IMG/VR virus record: IMGVR_UViG_3300045988_085825
DNA: 57,964 nucleotides
Strand: one strand, 5' to 3'
From: a virus
The notes under the pieces: generated by a model
What the model was told of the DNA's origin: nothing
The model's database searches: none
The model's input: only the letters and a program-made list of their open reading frames with translations
Made by a program: the position numbers and the translations under genes
Shown: in pieces, positions 50,894-57,964 of the stretch
How positions within the stretch are numbered: position 1 is the stretch's first letter
How the letters are laid out: the number at the start of each line of letters is the position of its first letter

Positions 50894-51164
50894 GATTAAA
50901 GAAATACTTCATTGTCTGCGACTTGATAGCAGAATAAGGCACAATATAAGATATGCACAAAGAGAATGGTTCTTTTCGTACTTTAAACATTTTAGAAGAG
51001 ATTTAAACATACCACTACTCAATAGCATCAAACAAGCAAGAGGAATATCAAAAACTATTTTAGAGAGAGGGTATATGTCGGACCTTGTACATGATTCTGT
51101 AATGCGTATTAGATATTCAAGGAGATGCAACACTCGTGTGTGCAGGGCAGCTAGGAATGATTAG
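50886..51164 (+). CDS. Hypothetical protein (weak call)
   Basis: GTG start with no clear RBS. Confidence 0.3.
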   Translation: MSKIKEILHCLRLDSRIRHNIRYAQREWFFSYFKHFRRDLNIPLLNSIKQARGISKTILERGYMSDLVHDSVMRIRYSRRCNTRVCRAARND

Positions 51165-51177
51165 AGGTTTATGAGAA

Positions 51178-51555
51178 ATGAGCATGGCAGAAGTAATTGA
51201 GAGCATAGAGAAAGATATGTGGCGAGATTTGGAGAGTCGAAGCATACCGGAAAGCCAGCAGGAAATGATTGATTGTACGACTTTGGGAGAAGAGCCAAAT
51301 TCACAGCATATTTGTGGAAGAATATCTGGCGGCTATTCACCAAAAGTGCCGTGCATATGTAAAGATGATTCAATGCCGGAAGAACTCAGAAGAGGTGTCG
51401 AAGAAGCATTGAAAAAAAGGTATTGCTCAACATGCAGACATTACATAGAGCATGACGAAGAGTGTTGCAATACAGATTCTGATTACTGCGGTGGATTCAG
51501 AGGTTTAGATGATTCATGCGAACATTGGGAGGTATGGAAAAATGGCAAAGTATAG
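51178..51555 (+). CDS. Cys-rich hypothetical protein
   Basis: 125-aa ORF. Confidence 0.45.
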   Translation: MSMAEVIESIEKDMWRDLESRSIPESQQEMIDCTTLGEEPNSQHICGRISGGYSPKVPCICKDDSMPEELRRGVEEALKKRYCSTCRHYIEHDEECCNTDSDYCGGFRGLDDSCEHWEVWKNGKV

Positions 51556-51838
51556 AAAAAAGCCAGTTGTCGTAGAAGCGTTTCGGTATGACGGCGATCT
51601 GATTTACTCAAATGGTGAATGGTACTGCCCAGACTGGGCTAGAGATGCATTCCAGAATGGAACCATGTATTTTGATTCTCTGGACTGTGAGGAACCGCCG
51701 GTAGAGCTGTTCATAGATACGCTGGAAGGTAAACACCATGTTTCAGTTGGAGATTTTATTATCCGTGGCGTTCATGGTGAACTGTATCCGTGCAAACCGG
51801 ATATTTTTGCAAAGACATATGAACTTGTAGAAGAGTAA
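51542..51838 (+). CDS. Hypothetical protein
   Basis: The start MAKYRKKPVVVEAFRY is a common phage small-protein pattern (recall). Confidence 0.5.
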   Translation: MAKYRKKPVVVEAFRYDGDLIYSNGEWYCPDWARDAFQNGTMYFDSLDCEEPPVELFIDTLEGKHHVSVGDFIIRGVHGELYPCKPDIFAKTYELVEE

Positions 51839-51856
51839 ATTGGTGGAGGTATAAAA

Positions 51857-52261
51857 ATGTTTACATTAGGACAATGGATTGTTTTAGGAGTTTTATTATT
51901 AGTAGGAATTGCTGCTGGTATACTTCTTTTTCCGGCCTGCGATAGCAAAACGGCAGGAATTGTAACTATTATTGGTACTGTGGTAATTGTTGGAGCGTTG
52001 GCATTTGGAATGAACTGGTACAATACATCAACTGCCAGCGGAATAAGAGGACTGAAAGACTTTAAGTCTGAACTGACAAACGGAATTGAACGGGAAATTA
52101 CGATAACCGCAGAGGATGGACGAGAAATCTTTCACTATCAAGGAAAAGTTGATGTAGAAAGCGATCATACCGACAATTACATTAAATTTGAGAGTGAAGA
52201 AGGGAAACGGTACTTGATCTATTATGGCATTCAGGACACCATAACGATTATTGAAAAATGA
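51857..52261 (+). CDS. Membrane protein (two TM helices)
   Basis: WIVLGVLLLVGIAAGILLF and IIGTVVIVGALAFGM. Confidence 0.5.
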   Translation: MFTLGQWIVLGVLLLVGIAAGILLFPACDSKTAGIVTIIGTVVIVGALAFGMNWYNTSTASGIRGLKDFKSELTNGIEREITITAEDGREIFHYQGKVDVESDHTDNYIKFESEEGKRYLIYYGIQDTITIIEK

Positions 52262-52319
52262 AAATGAATTATCGGATGATGAAAGATGTGACAACGGCCA
52301 GTTAAAAAAGGAGGCAAGC

Positions 52320-52499
52320 ATGCTTACTAAATTTAATCGTTTTGCTATTTTCCCAAGGATGTGTAGTTCATGTCATAGATATATATTTCTGGAAAAATAT
52401 CGTAGAGCAGATGTTTTTCATCATTTTGCAGATGTTCCTAATGGACATCCGTTTTGGAAGGAAAACATTTGCCGGGAATGTATAAAAAAGTATAGTTGA
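52320..52499 (+). CDS. Small Cys-rich protein
   Basis: ATG 52320 after AAGGAGG. Confidence 0.45.
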   Translation: MLTKFNRFAIFPRMCSSCHRYIFLEKYRRADVFHHFADVPNGHPFWKENICRECIKKYS

Positions 52500-52506
52500 A
52501 ACAATT

Positions 52507-52542
52507 ACCGACTGAATATTGGTTCAGTCGCTAACCTAGAAA
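52507..52542 (+). promoter_or_regulatory. ACCG-hairpin-CGCTAACC element, copy 2
   Basis: ACCG, stem CGACTGAA/TTCAGTCG (perfect), loop TATTGG, then CTAACC TAGAAA. Confidence 0.5.
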
Positions 52543-52579
52543 GTTAAATGTAGAAGATTATCGGTTTAGGAGCGATAGA

Positions 52580-53224
52580 ATGAATATAATTCAGATACCG
52601 TCTGACCATAAAATGTTTAATGAAGAATTTGAAGGTTCATTAGAAAATTTTATTTATGATGAATTTGCACTCATGTATACAGAAGGCGATAACATAATTC
52701 TTGGATTTACAGTATTTTTCGACCCTTTTGTTGAAAAATTAGAATTTTATCTTTTGAATTATTTTGGAGAATGGATACGAGACGTGGTTTATCGAATAGA
52801 ATTGAACGATAAGATGAATTGCGGATACAATGTATATTGTAATAAAAGTGAAAATAAATATCTTGAAATCGGACATGAACTTGGTGGAATTGTTTTGAGG
52901 ACAATGCTGTACATAATGAACACACCGAGAGAAAGAACAGAAAGACCGAAAAGCACTAAAATTCCTAACACACAAAAAGCCGAAAGTAAAGTAAATAGAG
53001 AGAATAAGATTTATTTACTTGATGAAATTGTTGATTATGTCAACCAAAACGGATTATGTAGCATTAAAAATAACAGCCATAAGATAAAATGCCCTTGCTG
53101 GAGTGTTAGAGGACATTACAGACATTATAAGAGTGGGAAAATTACGTTTATAAAAAACTACGAAAAAGGAAAAGAAAAAGAAAAAGGGAAAGTCAAGCCA
53201 AAAGACAAGACTTACACAATTTGA
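52580..53224 (+). CDS. Hypothetical protein (AT-rich cassette)
   Basis: 214 aa with a Lys-rich C-terminus. Confidence 0.5.
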   Translation: MNIIQIPSDHKMFNEEFEGSLENFIYDEFALMYTEGDNIILGFTVFFDPFVEKLEFYLLNYFGEWIRDVVYRIELNDKMNCGYNVYCNKSENKYLEIGHELGGIVLRTMLYIMNTPRERTERPKSTKIPNTQKAESKVNRENKIYLLDEIVDYVNQNGLCSIKNNSHKIKCPCWSVRGHYRHYKSGKITFIKNYEKGKEKEKGKVKPKDKTYTI

Positions 53225-53240
53225 AAGGAAGGAATTTGAT

Positions 53241-53618
53241 ATGCTTATAGAAAAATTTGAGAAATTTATTGTTAAATGTTACATAAAAAGAATAGCAAAA
53301 AAAAACGCTGAAAAATATAAGAGTATTGCAAATGAAAGTTATTACAAATGCGCATTTAAAATGTTAAGGGAATATTTTCCAAATCTTTCAGAAAAACAAT
53401 ATAGTCAAGTATACAGTAAAATCGAAGGTTTATTAGTTACAAAAATTTTTGATTTGACAACGAACAAATCATATGTATCATATAGAGATAATGGAAGATT
53501 TTTGCGTGATTTTGCATACATATGTGATTTTTTAAAATCTGAGCAAGAGACAGACGAAGATTCTTACAAAAAGATTCTTTCAGAAAGGAAAACCAGCGAT
53601 GGACCATCTTGTATTTGA
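53241..53618 (+). CDS. Hypothetical protein (AT-rich cassette)
   Basis: 125-aa ORF. Confidence 0.45.
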   Translation: MLIEKFEKFIVKCYIKRIAKKNAEKYKSIANESYYKCAFKMLREYFPNLSEKQYSQVYSKIEGLLVTKIFDLTTNKSYVSYRDNGRFLRDFAYICDFLKSEQETDEDSYKKILSERKTSDGPSCI

Positions 53619-53814
53619 GAAAGCTAATATTCCAGTGGCAGTTGCTGCAAAGGCTTTGAACGTTGATGCTCAGACAGTACGTTTGTTATTGCAGAATAAG
53701 CTTGTTGATTGGGGAATAGCTTATAAAAGACCGGGAAGTAGCCAGTACAGTTACATAATTTATCCTAAAAAATTTTATGAAGAAACCGGATTTTATTATA
53801 GCGGAAAAGAATAA
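53599..53814 (+). CDS. Small HTH-like protein (AT-rich cassette)
   Basis: VAVAAKALNVDAQTVRLLLQNKLV. Confidence 0.45.
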   Translation: MDHLVFEKANIPVAVAAKALNVDAQTVRLLLQNKLVDWGIAYKRPGSSQYSYIIYPKKFYEETGFYYSGKE

Positions 53815-53821
53815 TGTAAAA

Positions 53822-53858
53822 ACCGACTAACAACAGGAGTTAGCCGCTAACCTAGAAA
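53822..53858 (+). promoter_or_regulatory. ACCG-hairpin-CGCTAACC element, copy 3 (before terL)
   Basis: ACCG, stem CGACTAAC/GTTAGCCG (one A-C mismatch), loop AACAGGA, then CTAACC TAGAAA. Confidence 0.5.
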
Positions 53859-53917
53859 AATTATAGGCAGAGGTCTTACAAGCACCTTTGCTTTTTGAAA
53901 GTGGAGGTGCTTTTCTA

Positions 53918-55666
53918 TTGGCAAGTTCAAGCCTGATTTCCACGATAAACGGATATGAAAATTACATAGAGAGAAAAGGGATAGATGAACAGGTTATTGA
54001 CGCATACATACAAGCTGTAGCTGTAGCATTAAGAACAGAACATGATATTGATTATGGGTTAAAAGTATCAGAAAGGGCAAAACGGCTTATAGCTCAATTT
54101 GTTAAAGAACATACAGGTAAAGGAATTGCAAATTTAGAGGTTTATGCAAGCGGACATGATACGACATACAAAGTGCTTCAACAATTTTATGATGTTTTAA
54201 TGTATGAATCTGCCTATTTGGTCGATAGTTTTTTCTATTACATCGAAATAGATGAAAAAGATCCATGGAAGAGATTTTATTTTCCCAGAAGAGAAGTCTT
54301 GAAACCGGTAGTAGGAGCATATCAGGAAATTTATGACGGAAAACTAGATTTTCTTTCTGTTTCACAGCCAAAACGTACCGGGAAAACAACCGGAGGATTA
54401 AAACTGGCACAGATGATGGGTGGGAGAGATCCGGACGGGAGTATTTTTGGTGTTGGAAAAGGAGAAGGACTAGTAAAGAGGTTTTATGGTGGACTTTTAC
54501 AAGGTTTTGAGACAGAAAGCACATACAAAAGATTTTTAAGCGTTTTTCCTGAAGCAACAAAAATCAGCAAAGATGGTTATAAAAGTGCGGAGAATCTTTC
54601 AATAGACCTTAAAAGCAAAAATATTTTTCCGACATTTACTTGCAGACCTATTGATGGTGCAATCGTAGGATGTACAGAAGCAAATGTTCTTGTCTATATT
54701 GATGACTGCGTAAAGAATCACGAGGAGGCAAGAAATAGAGACAGATTAGAGTTCCTGTGTGAAAAGGTTACAGACGATGTTCTTGGACGAAGGCTAGAGG
54801 GCACACCTATCATTATTCAGGGCACAAAATACAGCCTATATGACCCTATTACAGCATTGCAGAACAAAGCTGATGAACTTGGCTGGAGATGGAAAGAAAT
54901 TGCAATTCCGGCCCTGGACCCAATAACGGACGAAAGCAACTGGGAAATCTATCGTAAAGATAAAAAAGGATTACGGAAGATATTCACAACTGATTATTAT
55001 CGAAAAGAGCGGAAACTAGTATCGGAAGAAACGTGGGCTGCGGAGTTCCAGCAGGAGCCATTTGAAGCAAAAGGACGGATGTTTGCAGAGAATGAGTTGA
55101 ATTATTTTGAAGAACTTCCAGTTGATAGAGAACCAGATGCAATCATGGCGGCATGTGATAGCGCAGACAAAGGGGATGATAGCTGTTCTATGCCGGTTGG
55201 ATACATATATGGAAATGAAGTATATGTTGTGGATGTAGTATTTGACAACGCTGGAACACAGTTCACAAAACCGGAATGTGCAAATATGCTCATTAAGCAT
55301 AATGTTAAAACGGTCACATTTGAAAGCAATAGTGCTGGCGAATATTTTGGGCGAGATGTAATGGACATCGTTAAAGAGCGTGGCGGCAGATGTAGCGCAA
55401 GGTTCAAGTTTAATTGTGCGAACAAGATAACAAGAATGGAAAACGCAAGGGACAATATCATTCGTGATTATTATTTTCGCGATTTTAAAAAAATGGATAG
55501 GCAAAGCCAGTATTACAAGTTTATGAAAGAACTTACAACCATGACGAGAAGCGGAAAAGTTAAGCATGATGACGCGCCTGATTCTATTTCATTGTTTGAA
55601 AACGAAATGAGAACAGGAACGCCGGCAAAAGCAGAAGCAGCGGTAAACCCGTTTAGGAGGATGTAA
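53918..55666 (+). CDS. terL: Terminase large subunit
   Basis: Walker A SQPKRTGKTT, a Walker B-like VLVYIDD, and the C-terminal nuclease motif KHDDAPDS. There is no in-frame ATG near the 5' end. The likely start is TTG 53918, 10 nt after GGAGG; the ORF is open from 53888. Confidence 0.85.
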   Translation: MASSSLISTINGYENYIERKGIDEQVIDAYIQAVAVALRTEHDIDYGLKVSERAKRLIAQFVKEHTGKGIANLEVYASGHDTTYKVLQQFYDVLMYESAYLVDSFFYYIEIDEKDPWKRFYFPRREVLKPVVGAYQEIYDGKLDFLSVSQPKRTGKTTGGLKLAQMMGGRDPDGSIFGVGKGEGLVKRFYGGLLQGFETESTYKRFLSVFPEATKISKDGYKSAENLSIDLKSKNIFPTFTCRPIDGAIVGCTEANVLVYIDDCVKNHEEARNRDRLEFLCEKVTDDVLGRRLEGTPIIIQGTKYSLYDPITALQNKADELGWRWKEIAIPALDPITDESNWEIYRKDKKGLRKIFTTDYYRKERKLVSEETWAAEFQQEPFEAKGRMFAENELNYFEELPVDREPDAIMAACDSADKGDDSCSMPVGYIYGNEVYVVDVVFDNAGTQFTKPECANMLIKHNVKTVTFESNSAGEYFGRDVMDIVKERGGRCSARFKFNCANKITRMENARDNIIRDYYFRDFKKMDRQSQYYKFMKELTTMTRSGKVKHDDAPDSISLFENEMRTGTPAKAEAAVNPFRRM

Positions 55667-56082
55667 TGGAGACAAAGAATTACCTTGGCCAGATCAAAAG
55701 ATATGACCGCATGATTGCGAATAAAATTGAAGAAATCAAGAATCTACGGGCGAGCATATACGGGATGCCGTCATTTTCCGCCGGAGAACGTGTGCAGACT
55801 TCCGGCACAAAAGACATTGTTGGCAGCGGAGCACCTAAAATTGCTGATATGGAGTCAGAGGTGAGGACTCTTTCACGGAAAAGAGAGGAGATTGTCCGGC
55901 AGATTGAGAAGATCCCGGATACGGATATGTACGATGTGCTTGCAAAGCGGTTTGTGCTGGACAAAGATTTTAAGGTAATTAGCGTCGAAATCAAGAAATC
56001 AAAGCGTCAGACGTTTTTCATTTACGATAATGCCATTGATACGTTTGAGAAAATGTTTGGATACCTGTACATGGGGGATTAA
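55666..56082 (+). CDS. Sigma region-4-like / DUF1492-like regulator (recall)
   Basis: The N-terminus is YLGQIKRYDRMIANKIEEIKNLRA. The C-terminus is IPDTDMYDVLAKRFVLDKDFKVISVEIKKSKRQTFFIYDNAIDTFEKMF. Confidence 0.5.
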   Translation: METKNYLGQIKRYDRMIANKIEEIKNLRASIYGMPSFSAGERVQTSGTKDIVGSGAPKIADMESEVRTLSRKREEIVRQIEKIPDTDMYDVLAKRFVLDKDFKVISVEIKKSKRQTFFIYDNAIDTFEKMFGYLYMGD

Positions 56083-56191
56083 CTGCACCAAAACGCATAA
56101 AATAGCATAAAAACGTATATTTTCTTTAAAAAATAAGTGGTATACAATATGATTGTAAAGTTTTAAGAAACTTTTCTCCCATCGGTAAGAG

Positions 56192-56228
56192 AGAGCATTG
56201 CTGGAAACGGCAGTGCTCTTTTCTTTTG
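56192..56228 (+). terminator. Intrinsic terminator upstream of the Com-like and portal genes
   Basis: AGAGCATTGC-tggaaacg-GCAGTGCTCT followed by TTTCTTTTG. Confidence 0.65.
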
Positions 56229-56246
56229 CAGAAATGAGGAAAAAAC

Positions 56247-56444
56247 ATGGAATACAAACCAAAAACGATATATTGTCCACGGTGTGGCCGGAAAGTTGCT
56301 ACATGGGACGGGCGTTCTTCTGTGCCGGTGATCGGCAGGTGTAAGAAGTGCAATAAACGAGTTGTCTATTACGTAGACAATGGGGAGACAGAAATTAAAG
56401 ATATCCCGCAGAGAAAATGTTCTTCCGGGGTTACTTATATGTAG
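56247..56444 (+). CDS. Zinc-ribbon protein (Mu Com-like architecture, tentative)
   Basis: 65 aa, with CPRCGRKV...GRCKKCNKRV. Confidence 0.4.
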   Translation: MEYKPKTIYCPRCGRKVATWDGRSSVPVIGRCKKCNKRVVYYVDNGETEIKDIPQRKCSSGVTYM

Positions 56445-56452
56445 GTGAAAAC

Positions 56453-57904
56453 ATGGATTTTGCAAGAAACACAATGTATTTTCAAGACCTTGTAAAAGGA
56501 AATTATGGACGAAAAATTGCATATACGGATGCTGAACGAATCACATCTGACAATGTGGTGAAGGTAATTGGACAGTGCATTGGTGTTTTTTATGGTAATA
56601 AATCAGCCATAAGATACCTTTGGCGGTACTACAAAGGAGATCAGCCGGTACTTTACCGGAAAAAGATTTCTAATGAGGACATCACAAACAAAATCCTTGA
56701 AAACCATGCGTATGAGATTGTCCAGTTCAAAGTAGGACAGACATATGGCGAGCCAGTTCAATTCATTAGCAGGAAAGATGATGATGCGATCAACAATGCT
56801 GTGGATGAGTTAAATGATTTTATGACGGATGCCAATAAGCAGGAAAAAGACATTAAGTCCGGTGAATGGCAGTCCGCTACGGGCACATCTTTCAAAGCTA
56901 TCCAGTCTAAAAAAGGGGAAATCCCGTTCAGAATCACAGCACCTAGTCCGTTGAATACTTTTGTTATCTATAACAGAAGCACGGAAGAACCGGTTCTTGC
57001 TGTGCAGGAATTGAAGGATGAGGACGGAAGATACTACAAACTGGCTTTTTCCGAAACGATGTCATTTAAGATTGTTGGCAGCACTGTGGTTGAAAGAAAA
57101 CTGCATACCTATGGCGGAATCCCGATTGTAGAGTATCCAAACAATCACGAACGTATTTCGGACATTGAACTTGTCATTTCTATGTTGGATGCGATCAACA
57201 ATATGCAATCAAACCGCATGGACGGGATTGAACAGTTCGTTCAGTCATGGATTAAATTTGTAAACTGTGATGTAGACGAAGAACAGTTTGCAAAAATGAA
57301 AATGAACCATGCTCTCGTCGTCAAGTCCATCAACAAAGATAACAAGTCAGATGTCGACATTATGACACAGGAACTTAACCAGACCCAATGTCAGGTAGCG
57401 AAAGATGACCTTTGGGACAATGCATTATCCATTCTGGCAATTCCTACTAAGCAGAGTAATACAGGCGGAGACACGCAGGGAGCCGTCGAATTACGTAACG
57501 GCTGGGATTTCTCGAAAACTCGTGCAAAATTGAAAGACCCAATTGTAAAATCATCTGAAAAACGTCTTGCCACAGTTGTTCTTAATACTCTTCGGGTATC
57601 CGGAAACGATTTAAAATTGTCTATCCGGGATTTTGAAGTCCAGATCAACCACAGTCCGCAGGATAACATGTACACCAAGTCCCAGACGCTATTACAGCTC
57701 TTACAGTGCGGTATTCACCCGATTGTGGCTATTAAGACCGTTGGCCTGTGGGGAGATGCAGAAAAGACATTCATGTTGTCAAAACCGTACCTGGATAATC
57801 TGTGGAAAACCATAGATGATGTGGAAGAGCAGGAGCGCAAAGCACAAGAGATTGTAGAAAAATTAAATAATCAAAACCCAACAAATAAGGCAGTCAACGA
57901 GTAA
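56453..57904 (+). CDS. Portal protein (SPP1 gp6-like)
   Basis: Start at ATG 56453. 483 aa, located between terL and the scaffold gene. Confidence 0.85.
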   Translation: MDFARNTMYFQDLVKGNYGRKIAYTDAERITSDNVVKVIGQCIGVFYGNKSAIRYLWRYYKGDQPVLYRKKISNEDITNKILENHAYEIVQFKVGQTYGEPVQFISRKDDDAINNAVDELNDFMTDANKQEKDIKSGEWQSATGTSFKAIQSKKGEIPFRITAPSPLNTFVIYNRSTEEPVLAVQELKDEDGRYYKLAFSETMSFKIVGSTVVERKLHTYGGIPIVEYPNNHERISDIELVISMLDAINNMQSNRMDGIEQFVQSWIKFVNCDVDEEQFAKMKMNHALVVKSINKDNKSDVDIMTQELNQTQCQVAKDDLWDNALSILAIPTKQSNTGGDTQGAVELRNGWDFSKTRAKLKDPIVKSSEKRLATVVLNTLRVSGNDLKLSIRDFEVQINHSPQDNMYTKSQTLLQLLQCGIHPIVAIKTVGLWGDAEKTFMLSKPYLDNLWKTIDDVEEQERKAQEIVEKLNNQNPTNKAVNE

Positions 57905-57909
57905 TCGGC

Positions 57910-57964
57910 GGCTGTTTTTATTTTATAAAAATTCGCAAAGTTGTGAGCGTAAAAATCAACAATG
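57910..57964. repeat. Terminal direct repeat, copy 2
   Basis: Identical to nt 1-55. Confidence 0.95.

Larger units (their letters stand above)
1..57964. mobile_element. Complete circularly closed temperate siphovirus-like phage genome (unique length about 57909 bp)
   Basis: Packaging, head, tail, lysis, lysogeny, recombination and replication genes are all present. The 55-bp ends are identical. There is a long tape measure and no sheath gene. Confidence 0.85.

Noticed and set aside
55016-55567. 183-aa minus-strand ORF inside terL
   Set aside because: It is antisense to the conserved terminase nuclease domain.

Overview
The window is a complete, circularly closed temperate siphovirus-like phage genome. 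The first 55 nt are identical to the last 55 nt, giving a unique length of about 57,909 bp. It is low-GC and has a Firmicutes/Clostridia-type gene repertoire.

Gene layout:
- **Packaging and head-tail genes (+ strand):** terS at 48.2 kb, terL at 53.9 kb and portal at 56.4 kb. The operon runs across the junction into scaffold, capsid, head-tail genes, major tail protein, a frameshifted chaperone pair and a 1417-aa tape measure ending at 11.4 kb.
- **Tail-tip module:** 12.4-16.1 kb, on the opposite strand to the rest of the structural genes.
- **Regulatory regions (17.3-21.7 kb):** two divergent switch regions with a CI-like repressor, an XRE/Cro pair and a Rha/KilAC antirepressor.
- **Early operon (22-39.7 kb):** SMC/Rad50-like ATPase, RecT, a split MBL hydrolase, SSB, HNH and GIY-YIG nucleases, and replication-loader genes.
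- **Integrase and cargo:** a large serine integrase at 39.8-41.1 kb, followed by about 6.5 kb of cargo.

The strongest finding is a diversity-generating retroelement (DGR) at 25.4-27.7 kb.
- It has a DGR-type reverse transcriptase and a 77-bp TR/VR pair. Eleven of the 12 mismatches fall on TR adenines.
- The TR lies inside a full-length paralogue of the target gene, and that paralogue can only be translated through a -1 shift at A AAA AAG.
- The cassette sits in the recombination module rather than the tail module, and I saw no Avd-like gene.

Other unexplained signals:
- a four-copy ACCG-hairpin-CGCTAACC element in front of late gene blocks;
- two homologous GC-rich leaders, each ending in a terminator, in front of the two late transcription units;
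- a Cheo-type (LexA) box inside an early promoter;
- several genes interrupted at homopolymers or by a short insertion;
- a GC-rich island and an AT-rich cassette.

All family assignments come from reading the translated ORFs and recalling motifs. No database search was run.
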